64,000 nucleotides of DNA from a virus (IMGVR_UViG_3300034126_000020:32001-96000); one strand, 5' to 3'. Shown: positions 27,197 through 37,414, numbered from the stretch's first letter. Notes: a model not told the origin generated them from the letters alone. Translations and numbers: made by a program.

Positions 27197-28045
27197 ATGT
27201 CTCTTTATAAGAACCCCGTCACGACGCTTTTGAACGTCGTCGGGAGTTACAACGGGATCACGCTTGATCCGGCTGACTTCGATTTCATTGATCCTCGGCC
27301 GAACACCAGCGGAAAGCATCCTGAGCAAAACTCCATCGTTACCATCAAGGCCAACAACGCCTTTGCCCCTTATCAGGGCGAGACGGAAGTCTACTACGTC
27401 CGTCTGGACTTGGCAGACCTTGAGAAGCTGGTCACGATGACCATGAAAGCCCCAAGCGTCACCAACTCCCATGACATCCTGCCTTTCCTGAATGACCGTT
27501 TCGGTCTGAACCTGGAAGAGTCGGATCTGGAACTGGTTGATGCCGTGGACCATGTCGACTACAAGACCGTCCAGTTGACGGCTGTGCCTGGTAGCCTGGG
27601 GTGGATCGGCACCGTGTCTGTTTCGGTGGCGCAGGGTGACATTCCTCTGACCACGTACCTGACAGTGACGGCCCTCAACGGTCTGAACTACCCAACGCCG
27701 TACGCTACGCTGCCGTTTGCGCAGATGTACAGCTACTGGCGTGACTTCTCAGCCCACGTGAATTACCTGAAGACCATCACGGTCGGTCAGGCGATCCCAC
27801 AAGAGCTGGCTGACATCCTCTCCAGCGTCACTGGTGATGCGTGGTTCCTTTCGGGCTACCATGAGTTCAGTCTGGGTAGAGCGCAGGTCATTTGGGCCGG
27901 TAAGGCGGTTGACAACGGCCTGATGAACCCATCGTACGGTTACGGTATTCAGGTTCGCCTGAACCATGACGATGCGTTCGGTATCACTGGCGACCTGATC
28001 ATCCACTTCAGCGATCCGGTAGACCCGTTCGCCGAACCTACGTGA
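27197..28045 (+). CDS. Virion/tail structural protein, paralog family
   Basis: Same N-domain (Y.GETEVYYVRLDL) and L.GLNYP linker. Confidence 0.8.
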   Translation: MSLYKNPVTTLLNVVGSYNGITLDPADFDFIDPRPNTSGKHPEQNSIVTIKANNAFAPYQGETEVYYVRLDLADLEKLVTMTMKAPSVTNSHDILPFLNDRFGLNLEESDLELVDAVDHVDYKTVQLTAVPGSLGWIGTVSVSVAQGDIPLTTYLTVTALNGLNYPTPYATLPFAQMYSYWRDFSAHVNYLKTITVGQAIPQELADILSSVTGDAWFLSGYHEFSLGRAQVIWAGKAVDNGLMNPSYGYGIQVRLNHDDAFGITGDLIIHFSDPVDPFAEPT

Positions 28046-28053
28046 GGTGAGTC

Positions 28054-28857
28054 ATGGACGGACGTGATCTGATTATCCAGATGGTCAACGAACAGAACAC
28101 TCTGTATCGTCCGATTACTCTGGACAACGTGGCAATGTCGCTGCCTGTGAAGAAAGGGCAGAACGATCCCCGCAACACAGGGGTGACGCTCAACGGGGTG
28201 CACGGTAAAGGCTACAAAGGTCAGACGGAGATCTTCTACAACCGCCATGACCTGCCAGAGCTGTTTGATGAAGCGGGCATTACGCCTAACCTTCGTCACA
28301 ATGCCGAGATCACCCCGGCATGGATCATTGATAAGTTGAACAGCAAGTACGGCCTGTACCTTGAGGCCACCGACCTGAACAACATCGATGTCCCCATCTT
28401 CGACCAATTGGAAACCACCAAGCCCATCGAGATCGTCGTCAAAGACAACTCGTGGAACTGGGTCGGTACCATTACCCTCGAAATGACCTTCGGTAACCCA
28501 TTACTGGAAACCGTGGTCTTGGTACAGCTTCTTCCTGTGCTGGAACACCCAGTAGAGTTCAAGGAGCTTCGAGGTCGAAAGTCCGGGTACATGTGCACGT
28601 ACAACTTCGACTTCACAGCCTACAAAGCTGACCTGCAACGTGATCCAAAGAATGGCCGTTGGGCTAACTTCGACTTGGTCATGGCGGCAGGGGCTAAAGC
28701 AGGCTTGCCCGCATGGGGTAATGCAGGCGGGATCGTTGACCTTCCAACCAGTGCTGTGCCAAGTGCCAACCCCAAGTTCCAACGGGTGATGGTTCAGAGC
28801 TACGCCACAGGTTCTGTGATGGGTCCGATCTTATTCCACTACGACCTGGACTGGTGA
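28054..28857 (+). CDS. Virion/tail structural protein, paralog family
   Basis: RNTGV....YKGQTEIFYNRHDL; C-terminal PSANPKFQRVMV...LFHY. Confidence 0.8.
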   Translation: MDGRDLIIQMVNEQNTLYRPITLDNVAMSLPVKKGQNDPRNTGVTLNGVHGKGYKGQTEIFYNRHDLPELFDEAGITPNLRHNAEITPAWIIDKLNSKYGLYLEATDLNNIDVPIFDQLETTKPIEIVVKDNSWNWVGTITLEMTFGNPLLETVVLVQLLPVLEHPVEFKELRGRKSGYMCTYNFDFTAYKADLQRDPKNGRWANFDLVMAAGAKAGLPAWGNAGGIVDLPTSAVPSANPKFQRVMVQSYATGSVMGPILFHYDLDW

Positions 28858-28887
28858 TTCCTGTCCTTTCTTGAGAAGGTTTAGCTC

Positions 28888-29892
28888 ATGGCTATCTATA
28901 GCAAAACGACCAAGCAGATGATGGTCGATCTGATCAATGCGGGTAACCCGCAACTGCCATTCCCAGTCAACGAGATGGACTTCGAGTTTGGGCTACCTGA
29001 GGTCATCGCTGATCCAGGCAATGGTCACAACACCCGTATCCGTGTAACGGCCAAGCCAAACACCAACTACGTCGGCAACGTGCAACTCACGTACCGCCGT
29101 CTGGATGTGGGGCGCATCTTCCGCAACATGACGCTTGAAGTCTACCGTTGGATTGCCAACTCCGGCGCAAGCGGTGCAACGTTGCTCCAGCTCAACGATC
29201 TGTACCCATTGTACAGTGAGAAATACGGGTTCAACTTCACCGTGGGCGAATGGGTTAACCAAGCGCTGTCCGGTCTGAACGGTATCCGTGGTGACTTGTT
29301 CAACATCGCGCCAATCACCACCAACCTGGCTTTCGTCGGGAACGTCAGCGGCAAGTGGACCATCGGTGAACGTACGCTGGAATCCCTGCTGACTGTGGAC
29401 GTGGTTCCAGGTCGTCGCTACCCAGGCGGTAACGACTTCGTCACCCCAGGTCACAAGTACTGGGTCACCCCAGATGGCTTCGATACGGACTACTCGTTCG
29501 CCAAGGATGCTCTGGAAGCGAATACGGTTGCAACCGGCACCGCCGGTGCTATCCGCGGTAACGTCTACGTGGGCGACAACTACGGTGATGGGGCTCAGGT
29601 GACTCGTCAGTACATTGAGAACAACTGCCTCAAGACACTGAAGAACCGCAATGGCGATTTCTACACCGTGGCCACGGCCGGCGGACCTACTGGTATTACC
29701 GAAGGTCTGTCGATCCCGTTCCGCCTCAACGGCGCGTACTTCCGTCGCTACGCCCTGCCACACCCTGACGTTCCAGAAGCCAACTCTGAGTTCTACAACC
29801 GCTGCATGGTAATCAGCATGGCGGATTACTTCGGTGGCGGTGGTCCTCGTGAATGGGGCACTGGTCGCATCTTCCTCCACTACAACGTCTAA
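28888..29892 (+). CDS. Virion/tail structural protein, paralog family
   Basis: LINAGN..FGLP..NTRI..YVG...YRRLDV; C-terminal PEANSEFYNR...IFLHYNV. Confidence 0.8.
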   Translation: MAIYSKTTKQMMVDLINAGNPQLPFPVNEMDFEFGLPEVIADPGNGHNTRIRVTAKPNTNYVGNVQLTYRRLDVGRIFRNMTLEVYRWIANSGASGATLLQLNDLYPLYSEKYGFNFTVGEWVNQALSGLNGIRGDLFNIAPITTNLAFVGNVSGKWTIGERTLESLLTVDVVPGRRYPGGNDFVTPGHKYWVTPDGFDTDYSFAKDALEANTVATGTAGAIRGNVYVGDNYGDGAQVTRQYIENNCLKTLKNRNGDFYTVATAGGPTGITEGLSIPFRLNGAYFRRYALPHPDVPEANSEFYNRCMVISMADYFGGGGPREWGTGRIFLHYNV

Positions 29893-29903
29893 GGGCAGGT
29901 GCC

Positions 29904-30782
29904 ATGACTATTCATTTCAACTCCAAGCAGAGTTTGGTGAACTACATCAACGCTGCTAACAGTTCACCACTGACTGTGGACGAGCTGGACTTCGGTACAC
30001 CACAGCCGACGGCTGGTACGTGGCGCGAAGGGTTGGTCAATGCCAACACTGCAATCAAGATCACTGCTAAAGAAGCTTCGGTATTCCAAGGCTCTCGCGT
30101 GATCTGCTACGACCGCTTGAACCTGCCAGACCTTTCCACATTGGCGAATGGACTGTCGGTCAAGTGCTACCAACCCGCGACCAACTTCGACGTGCTGCCT
30201 GCGTTGTTCCGTCGTTACGGGATCGTGCTGAGCAAGGAAGACTTCATCGAAGAGCCGTTCGCTCACAATGGGGCCAACCCGACACCGTGTGTGTTCAAAG
30301 CCAAGCCGGGCGCTATTGGTTGGACGGGTCAACTGACCGTGATGTCGACCTCGGGTTCTGCTGTTCTGGGCCAACACTTGACAGTGGCAGCACTGCCGGG
30401 TCTGAACTACCCAGTGACCGGTGACGGTTCTCAGGGTTCGGCACTGACCTACCTCTACGGGTATGATTTCACAGCGTACAAGTCGACGCTTGAGAACTAC
30501 CAAGTGGGGACCAAGTTGGGTGCGTCCGATACAGCTCTTCTGGCTGCGATCAAGGCGATCGACACCAACGCCGGTAAGTCGCTGTGGAACTTGGACCCGG
30601 CAAGCACTGCGTGGTCTCTGGAAGGCGCTGAAGTCGTCTACAGCGGTATCAACAGCAACGTCCTGCCAACCAACCAGTCGTACAAGTACGCACTCGGTCT
30701 GTTGCTCAAGGCGACCAACATCACGCCTCCGGGTGTGTGCTACCTCCACTACGACGATCCGTTCGATCCGAACGAGGTGTGA
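29904..30782 (+). CDS. Virion/tail structural protein, paralog family
   Basis: Start MTIHFNSK after GGCAGG; YINAAN..FGTP..YDRLNL; LPGLNYP; CYLHY. Confidence 0.8.
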   Translation: MTIHFNSKQSLVNYINAANSSPLTVDELDFGTPQPTAGTWREGLVNANTAIKITAKEASVFQGSRVICYDRLNLPDLSTLANGLSVKCYQPATNFDVLPALFRRYGIVLSKEDFIEEPFAHNGANPTPCVFKAKPGAIGWTGQLTVMSTSGSAVLGQHLTVAALPGLNYPVTGDGSQGSALTYLYGYDFTAYKSTLENYQVGTKLGASDTALLAAIKAIDTNAGKSLWNLDPASTAWSLEGAEVVYSGINSNVLPTNQSYKYALGLLLKATNITPPGVCYLHYDDPFDPNEV

Positions 30783-30828
30783 GTAAACGGCCCTGGGTAA
30801 CTGGGGCCATCATAAAGGAAGACTGAAG

Positions 30829-31692
30829 ATGTCGTCTTACTACTCAAAACCTCAGGTCGAATTGTTGCTGAAGCTGATTAACGAGTCCAACCCAGGGCTG
30901 CTAGAGCTTCGTGATTTGGTGAACACCCGTCTTGGTCCTCCGACTGTTCGGACACCGGGAGCAGGTGAGATCCAGAACACGTCGATTGAACTCTACGCAT
31001 TGCCTGGGTCGTTCTACATCGGCAAGAAGATCGTTACCTACCGACGAATCGATCTGGCTAAGCTGTTTGCCAACATGACGTTGGAGTTGGACACCTGGAC
31101 AGCGGGTAACCTGCCCCGGCCTACGTGGGTCGCACTGATCAACGAGAAGTACGGTCTTGCGCTGACTGAAGAGGACATGGGCATCTACGGGGCGATGTCG
31201 GAAACGACCAACACCCTCACGGTAGGTCCTTCATCCCTTGCCTACGTCGGTAACTTCCGAGTCCGGTACGTCAAAGGCAAACGTGCCATGGATCAGATCC
31301 TGACGCTAGATCGGTACGCCGGTCTGTATTGGGATAGTTCCTATGTGCAAGGTAAGCCTCTCCTCACTCCGGTGAACTTTGGATTGGACTACAGTCGGTT
31401 TTTCAACATCGACACGATCACGAACGGCATCACGTTGAACGACTCAGGTGCGTTCTACAGTGAGGTCCGGACATTGATTGACTGGTTCAACAAGTGCTCC
31501 GGCATGACGCTGAGTCTGGCCGTGGATAACGCTCTGCCTAACGGAGTGAAAGGCCTGACCATGTCTCGCTTCACGCTCCCGAACGCTAACGTCCCTGAGG
31601 CAAACAGCGCCAAGTACAACCGGGTGTTGGTAATCTCCAGTCGTACCACCAGTTGGTTCGGTGGCAAGATCCTCCTTCACTACAACGTCTAA
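30829..31692 (+). CDS. Virion/tail structural protein, paralog family
   Basis: LINESN..YRRIDLAKLFANMTLE; C-terminal PEANSAKYNRVL..ILLHYNV (closest to 28888). Confidence 0.8.
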   Translation: MSSYYSKPQVELLLKLINESNPGLLELRDLVNTRLGPPTVRTPGAGEIQNTSIELYALPGSFYIGKKIVTYRRIDLAKLFANMTLELDTWTAGNLPRPTWVALINEKYGLALTEEDMGIYGAMSETTNTLTVGPSSLAYVGNFRVRYVKGKRAMDQILTLDRYAGLYWDSSYVQGKPLLTPVNFGLDYSRFFNIDTITNGITLNDSGAFYSEVRTLIDWFNKCSGMTLSLAVDNALPNGVKGLTMSRFTLPNANVPEANSAKYNRVLVISSRTTSWFGGKILLHYNV

Positions 31693-31703
31693 CGAGGACG
31701 CCC

Positions 31704-32189
31704 ATGGCTCTTATTCAAGGTTCAAAAGTTGACCTCGTGTCAGCATTGAACCGGGAGACGCCAGTCGCATTGGACTACACTGGGTTGGTTTTCAGCCCAG
31801 TCGTACCGCTCCAGTCTGATCCGTCCGGCAAGTTGGTCAAGGTGCGTTTGTCGACGCTCCCTACCTACACGTACAGGGGCAGTGATGCTCTTGAATACAG
31901 CCGGCGTAATCTGGCCGATCTACCCGGTATCTTTCCGGTACTCCCACGCTGCGTCCCCGGTGCTACGTTGTACGCCATGTTGGCGGCCTTGGCCGATGGG
32001 ACCAGCATCCTGTTCACGTCTGACGATGTTGAAGACGCACCTGTGATCACCCGTGAAGACGGTAACTATCAGGTTCAGTTGACTGCGAAGGTTGGCTCGT
32101 ATGCCTGGTATGGCACGGGCCTATTGATCTTCCGCAACCTTCCTCACATCTCGTTGGCCATCGTGGACAACAACCTCTCCTGGAGCTAA
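31704..32189 (+). CDS. Tail paralog, N-terminal half of a split gene
   Basis: N-domain motif YRGSDALEYSRRNL; ends at TAA 32187-32189, in frame with the next ORF. Confidence 0.7.
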   Translation: MALIQGSKVDLVSALNRETPVALDYTGLVFSPVVPLQSDPSGKLVKVRLSTLPTYTYRGSDALEYSRRNLADLPGIFPVLPRCVPGATLYAMLAALADGTSILFTSDDVEDAPVITREDGNYQVQLTAKVGSYAWYGTGLLIFRNLPHISLAIVDNNLSWS

Positions 32190-32537
32190 GTGATGCCTAT
32201 CAATTGGATCAACTACTTCTTCCACACTGACTTCAGTGAGCATGCTGAAACGCTGTCTCAGATCCCGAGCGATGTGGAATTGCAGCACGATCAGCGTCTG
32301 GCATTGGCCAGTATCCTGACCAGTGCTGACAAGGGCGTTGGCAAAGACCTGTGGCGCGCTGAGGGTTCCGAGAAGGAATGGAACCTGAGCCTGGCCACGG
32401 TGTTCTACAACGACCGCAACAGCAATCGGTTTGCCACCAATTCCAAGTACAGTCACGTACTGATCTTGGCGTTCGGTCCTGAGTCGGAAGGTCCGACTGG
32501 CAAGCTGTACCTCCAGTACAATCGTGAGGTAGCGTAA
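32190..32537 (+). CDS. Tail paralog, C-terminal half of a split gene
   Basis: NYFFHTDFS...GKDLW...TNSKY...LYLQY aligns by eye with the C-half of 29904-30782; GGAG lies 7 nt before ATG 32193. Confidence 0.65.
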   Translation: MMPINWINYFFHTDFSEHAETLSQIPSDVELQHDQRLALASILTSADKGVGKDLWRAEGSEKEWNLSLATVFYNDRNSNRFATNSKYSHVLILAFGPESEGPTGKLYLQYNREVA

Positions 32538-32539
32538 TC

Positions 32540-34147
32540 ATGTCCATTCCTTTGATGTTTGGGTTCGATGCACTCCCAATTCGGTCTGCCATGTACGCTG
32601 CACACATGAAGGTTGAGGGGTTCGATCAACTGGACCTGATCTCCAGCACCACGAACTGGCTGACCACTCGGATCAATGGTCGGACGTGGTTGACTGCTCA
32701 GCAGACGTTCTACTCCAACATCAGTTCGAACATCACCCGTACGTTCTGGTTGTTCCAACGCTCTCTGAATGAGCTGTTTGGCACCCCGTCGGTCATGACG
32801 AAAGGCGTGATCGGGGTTCGGATGTTTGTAGAGCAGGGTTTCATCGACCGTGGTGCTGTCGCACTCCTCTACATCGGCGGCATTCCGGTCGATGGTATTC
32901 TTCCGACTAAGTTGACTGCTGGCGAGCACTACGTGGAATACGAGATTGATCTCGTGACCTTCACGGTCCGGACTTACCTCAACGCGACGCTGGTCAACAC
33001 GTATCAGTTCGCTGGTGCGGTAGCCATGGCTTCTGTTGTACAACTGGGCATCACTTTTGTCAACCAGCAAAACTTGCCAACGGTCAGCATGCTCAGTTTC
33101 AACGACTTTTACACGACTTACGATAACCAAGACGGTGAAGTCTCTGGTCGACTGGGTCCTGTGAAAGTCCTGCCGCTGATTACGGACAAGTCCACACGTC
33201 CTGCCAACTGGTCGTACTCGGATGCAGACGCTCTGTACAGCTATTTCGACTACGATCAAGATGCGACTGGTGGCCTGTATTCTGGTCATTGCCTGATCCC
33301 TCGGTACACCACTGAAATTGAAGTGGCTGGCCAGTTCAAATGGGACTCAGTGCCTCTCAGTGCCTCACCTCTGAGCTATCAGCGTTTTAACCCGCCAGCA
33401 CAGATAGGTGATTCTTGGGCTGCCGCCACCGCAGCCACAGCGATCCGGGTTAACGTGACGTTCGAACGGGCTAAAAAGGCCGCTGCGTATGCCCTCTACG
33501 GGTACAGTAGCGGTTACGGTGCATTCGACGATTGGACGTTCGAAGGCAGTAACGATGGTCAGGCTTGGACTGTTCTCGATACCCGCGTAGGTTGCGCTGC
33601 GAAGATCCAGAGCGGGACTAAAGCGTATGCGTTCAAGATCGACCCGGCCAAGGTTGGTAGCTATCGCTATTTCCGTTGGAACGTGTCGAAGGTGTTGGTT
33701 GCACCTTCTCAAGCCGGCCGTGTTTACATGGGTCACTTCCAAGTCTTGGGCGACCCGGCTGACGCAGCCCTGAACGGACTGTACGACGGCTTGACCCGCA
33801 GTCCAAACGGTTCGCAGACTGACTTGGATTACCCGGTGGTTCGCACTGGCATTGATGGCAGTGAAGCGAGCTTCGGCTTCAAAGTTCCTGAACTCGGTAC
33901 CAGTCAAGTGTTGGCTGTACGTATGGGCCTCACTGCTCGCCGTGATCAGGCAAGTTCTGAACACATTCGGGCAAAATTGAAGGTCGGTGAAACGGCCACA
34001 GCCGAACGTGTGTTCGAACTGAAACCTCACGCCGAGCGGCAAGACATGTTCCCCATTGCTTTGAAAGCACCTGACGGAACTGCTTGGACCAAAGCGAGCC
34101 TGGAAAGTCTTCAGGTTGTCATTAAATCGAAAAGTGGAGCCAAGTAA
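32540..34147 (+). CDS. Virion protein with lectin-like domain and an inserted discoidin (F5/8 type C)-like domain
   Basis: DDWTFEGSNDGQAWTVLD and YRYFRW discoidin motifs; FNDFY..D..RLGPVKV shared with the next gene. Confidence 0.7.
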   Translation: MSIPLMFGFDALPIRSAMYAAHMKVEGFDQLDLISSTTNWLTTRINGRTWLTAQQTFYSNISSNITRTFWLFQRSLNELFGTPSVMTKGVIGVRMFVEQGFIDRGAVALLYIGGIPVDGILPTKLTAGEHYVEYEIDLVTFTVRTYLNATLVNTYQFAGAVAMASVVQLGITFVNQQNLPTVSMLSFNDFYTTYDNQDGEVSGRLGPVKVLPLITDKSTRPANWSYSDADALYSYFDYDQDATGGLYSGHCLIPRYTTEIEVAGQFKWDSVPLSASPLSYQRFNPPAQIGDSWAAATAATAIRVNVTFERAKKAAAYALYGYSSGYGAFDDWTFEGSNDGQAWTVLDTRVGCAAKIQSGTKAYAFKIDPAKVGSYRYFRWNVSKVLVAPSQAGRVYMGHFQVLGDPADAALNGLYDGLTRSPNGSQTDLDYPVVRTGIDGSEASFGFKVPELGTSQVLAVRMGLTARRDQASSEHIRAKLKVGETATAERVFELKPHAERQDMFPIALKAPDGTAWTKASLESLQVVIKSKSGAK

Positions 34148-34149
34148 TC

Positions 34150-35211
34150 ATGGCAATCAAAGAAATCTTGGGCGCAGATGACTTTCCTCTCGCTGCCCGC
34201 TGGCCAACGTGGCTCTTGCTTGGCAAGGGCGTGGCTCCTTCGGTTAACCAAGGCCTGACCTCCGCTAACACCGGTGCTACTGCCTACAATGGTCGCACCT
34301 GGATGAAAGTGACGGGTAACGCTAACCCCGGTCTTACCGCGCTGCTCAGTGATCTGAAGTTCTCGGTTGCTGAAATGAAGGCCAAGAAGATCTGGCTGGG
34401 TTTCCGCCACGTGATCGGCAGTAACGCCGCTGTAACTGGCGCGGTTCCTATCCTGGGCGTCCAGACCATCGGTGCCGCTGGCACGTTCAACGTGGTGCTG
34501 GAATCGGATCTTCAGCGGGCAACTGATGAAGTCTTCGTTGAATGCTTGATCGACTTGGCAGCAGGTAAGATCGATGGCTACATCGACGGGGCCTTGGTCA
34601 GAAGCGTTGCTACAACTTCGTTGACCGTGGCCAACTTGACGAACATCCGTTTGTTTTACGGTATGTCGTCGGGAGCAGTCGTTTCCGAACTCCATCTGTA
34701 CAACGACTTCTACTGGCTGGTTGATTCCAGTGACGTGGACCAGTTGCCTTCGAACCGTCTGGGGCCGATTAAGGTCAAGACTGCCAAGGTAGCGGGTTCT
34801 GTCCTGCCGAGCGACTGGACTGTTCCGGATGGTCAGACTGCCGACGGTATCCTCGACGCCAGCACCATGGCACCGAACACCGAACTCACGCCAGTGATCC
34901 GTACGTCACCTGCTGAATCGCCTGCCTCGATTGGTTTTGCCAAGCCGGCTGCTGAACTGGCCATCAAGGCAGTGTCGATTGAAGTGTTCGGTTATCGTGA
35001 CACAGGTACCGCTCCGACTCTGCAAGCGCAACTGAAGCAGGGCGCGAAGACAGATACCAAGAAGACCTTCACGACTCCGACATTGGACTACAACCGTGGT
35101 GCAGCGAGTGATCGACTGGGGTGCTTCAACGTTGACCTCAACGGTGCGGCGTGGACCAACGACAGCATCGACTCGCTTGAAGTCCTTATCAACTCCAAAA
35201 CCGGGGCGTAA
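34150..35211 (+). CDS. Virion protein, paralog of 32540 lacking the discoidin insert
   Basis: LYNDFYWLVD..RLGPIKV, P.IRT, WT..SIDSLEV.I.SK..A shared with the preceding gene. Confidence 0.7.
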   Translation: MAIKEILGADDFPLAARWPTWLLLGKGVAPSVNQGLTSANTGATAYNGRTWMKVTGNANPGLTALLSDLKFSVAEMKAKKIWLGFRHVIGSNAAVTGAVPILGVQTIGAAGTFNVVLESDLQRATDEVFVECLIDLAAGKIDGYIDGALVRSVATTSLTVANLTNIRLFYGMSSGAVVSELHLYNDFYWLVDSSDVDQLPSNRLGPIKVKTAKVAGSVLPSDWTVPDGQTADGILDASTMAPNTELTPVIRTSPAESPASIGFAKPAAELAIKAVSIEVFGYRDTGTAPTLQAQLKQGAKTDTKKTFTTPTLDYNRGAASDRLGCFNVDLNGAAWTNDSIDSLEVLINSKTGA

Positions 35212-35216
35212 CCACC

Positions 35217-36737
35217 ATGAGCGAAGCGGCTAATCTGAGGACGGTGCGCGTTCAATACCTTGTCCTCGATGACTCGCCGGCTAAGCTCAGGGACACTCGG
35301 CTTCAATACGCTGGTGACGATAACAATCCCGCCAGCGTACGCCGCATCAACGGCCAAGCCCTTATCATCGACCGCAACCCTCTGAACTTCCGTGATGTAC
35401 GGATGCAGTTTTCAGAGGACATTCAGTCCCCGGCGAGTGTTCGTCGGGTATCTGGACAGATGCTGTTGGTTGATAAGAGCCCTGCCAACGTACGTGATGT
35501 ACGGATGCAGTACTCGAGTGACCAGAGCAACCCGGCCAATTTGCGACGGTTGAATGGTTTCGTCATGACTCGGCAGGTCGATGGCCAACCTGTAAAGGCA
35601 TTGCGACTCCAGTACTTGGAAGTGGTCAACGACCCACCTCGGTTCAGTATAGATCCTTGGCTCCGTCTGATCACTGCAATCAACAGCAACAACAACACCC
35701 GCTTTATCCCGGCACACTTCACGCATGGCAATCCACAGCCAAGCACAGCGCCGAACAAATGGAACACCCAGATGGAGATCACGGCACTGCCCGCCTCCGG
35801 CTTCTCTGGCACGACCACGATCTACTTCCAGCGTTATGCAGTCGGCAGGATCTTCGACGGCAAGACGGCGGTACTTGATCTGGTTGGCAAGGTGGGGACG
35901 CATGACCTGATTCCTCAGATCAACGCTGTCTTCGGCACGACCTTTGTTCCGAACGATCTGGACAACATCCCGATTGACCATGCACGCAACCAATTCACGC
36001 TGCGCATTGCCAGCAACAGTTGGTTCTTCATTCCAGGCAGTGAGACGGTCTATCAGAACGTCGCTGACCTGTCTCTGATGTACAAGACCATTGACCTGCC
36101 TGGGTTCGTTAAGAACACCGGTCCATTGTCGGTGGTGGGGGCGAAGGAGAAAGTCAACGGTATCTATCCAGTACGAGCAGATGACGGTTCGACGTTCAAT
36201 GCGTACGTGGACATGACGACCGATGGCGGCTACTGGGTCCTCTTGGCAGATTGGACCACGGCCATGGGCACCACACTGACGTACAATGAAACTATTGTAC
36301 GAGGGAATGCGTTGAGAGGGTGGTCGCGTGATGCGGCTAACCGTCCTGCTATCCCGGCAGGTAAGATCCTGGACAACCAAGCGTCTCAGTGGATGTTCCA
36401 ATCTGACAGCCCTACGTGGAAGACCCTGTTCGGTAGTTTCCAGAAGGCAGCTCCACTTCCAGCCAACACCATCCTTGGTGCTAACGGGATTGCGGTCGAT
36501 ACTCCTGATGGCCGTCGTACGGTGTACAGTCCTCGTGCAGGATGGTACGCAGACACTGGTTTGGGTATCGCGTTCGGTCTCTGGAGCGCATGGGGGCCGG
36601 GTGGTGGTTGCGGTGGTGCCAACGTGTTCGGCACTACTCGCGAATGCCCAGTTGCTGACGCTGGCGCTTACTCAGGCCATGCCGACTACGTCTACAACAA
36701 GCGTCTCTTTGTCCGGGCTAAATCTTACGAACTGTAA
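35217..36737 (+). CDS. Tail-fibre-like protein: N-terminal 17-aa repeats, paralog N-domain, fibrinogen-like C-terminal domain
   Basis: Repeats of the form xxRxVRxQY....xxPA; LITAINSNN..FSG....YFQRY; AYVDMTTDGGYWVLL (FReD-like). Confidence 0.7.
   Translation: MSEAANLRTVRVQYLVLDDSPAKLRDTRLQYAGDDNNPASVRRINGQALIIDRNPLNFRDVRMQFSEDIQSPASVRRVSGQMLLVDKSPANVRDVRMQYSSDQSNPANLRRLNGFVMTRQVDGQPVKALRLQYLEVVNDPPRFSIDPWLRLITAINSNNNTRFIPAHFTHGNPQPSTAPNKWNTQMEITALPASGFSGTTTIYFQRYAVGRIFDGKTAVLDLVGKVGTHDLIPQINAVFGTTFVPNDLDNIPIDHARNQFTLRIASNSWFFIPGSETVYQNVADLSLMYKTIDLPGFVKNTGPLSVVGAKEKVNGIYPVRADDGSTFNAYVDMTTDGGYWVLLADWTTAMGTTLTYNETIVRGNALRGWSRDAANRPAIPAGKILDNQASQWMFQSDSPTWKTLFGSFQKAAPLPANTILGANGIAVDTPDGRRTVYSPRAGWYADTGLGIAFGLWSAWGPGGGCGGANVFGTTRECPVADAGAYSGHADYVYNKRLFVRAKSYEL
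35232..35625 (+). repeat. About 7.5 tandem 17-aa peptide repeats (alternating two-unit pattern)
   Basis: NLRTVRVQYLVLDDSPA/KLRDTRLQYAGDDNNPA/SVRRINGQALIIDRNPL/NFRDVRMQFSEDIQSPA/SVRRVSGQMLLVDKSPA/NVRDVRMQYSSDQSNPA... Confidence 0.8.
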
Positions 36738-36867
36738 GACATCCGGCATATTCGGGAGGGCTTCGGCCCTCCCTTATTTTTGCATGCCTCATCGTGGAAT
36801 TTTTTACGACGTATCCTATGAGGTCAGGAATTCTTGATCTTTTCGTAAACCTGCATCGGAGATCGCC

Positions 36868-37404
36868 ATGCAACTTGACATCCTCAAAAGTGGCCAAGAG
36901 AACTTCTTGCTGTTGGCTAACACCGCTAACAGCCAGACTCTGACTGCTTCGCAAATGACCATCGGCGCCCCACAGGTGTTCGATGATCCTGAAGACACCA
37001 ACCAGCGCAATACCCAGGTCACCATCTCGGCTCTGCCAGGTTCGACCGAATTCAAGGGCGCGCAGACCCTGCGTTACACCCGTCTGGACGTGGCTGCACT
37101 GGTTGGCGCAAGCTACGAGTTCCAGACCACTGAAGAAAGCACCATCGCCGATGTGATTGCCGGTGTTGCTGCGGCCAAGGGCCTGATCGCTGCCGATCTC
37201 GAAATCACCGAGACCGAAATGCCGACTTGGGACGACGGTACTGTGGACGGCGAAACCGCTCCACTGACCCTGAAGGCCAAGGCTGGTTCGTACGCCTACA
37301 TCGGTACCGTGACCATCAACGTGATCGAGCCAGTTGATGGCCGTGAGCGCTTCGCTGACCTGTACGCCGTACAGGACCTGGACGGTTTCGAAGCTCAGGC
37401 TTAA
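36868..37404 (+). CDS. Virion/tail structural protein, paralog of 25750 (N-domain only)
   Basis: RNTQV..FKG...YTRLDV and AKAGSYAYIG match 25750 (AAAGSYAYRG). Confidence 0.75.
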   Translation: MQLDILKSGQENFLLLANTANSQTLTASQMTIGAPQVFDDPEDTNQRNTQVTISALPGSTEFKGAQTLRYTRLDVAALVGASYEFQTTEESTIADVIAGVAAAKGLIAADLEITETEMPTWDDGTVDGETAPLTLKAKAGSYAYIGTVTINVIEPVDGRERFADLYAVQDLDGFEAQA

Positions 37405-37414
37405 TTCCGTACTT

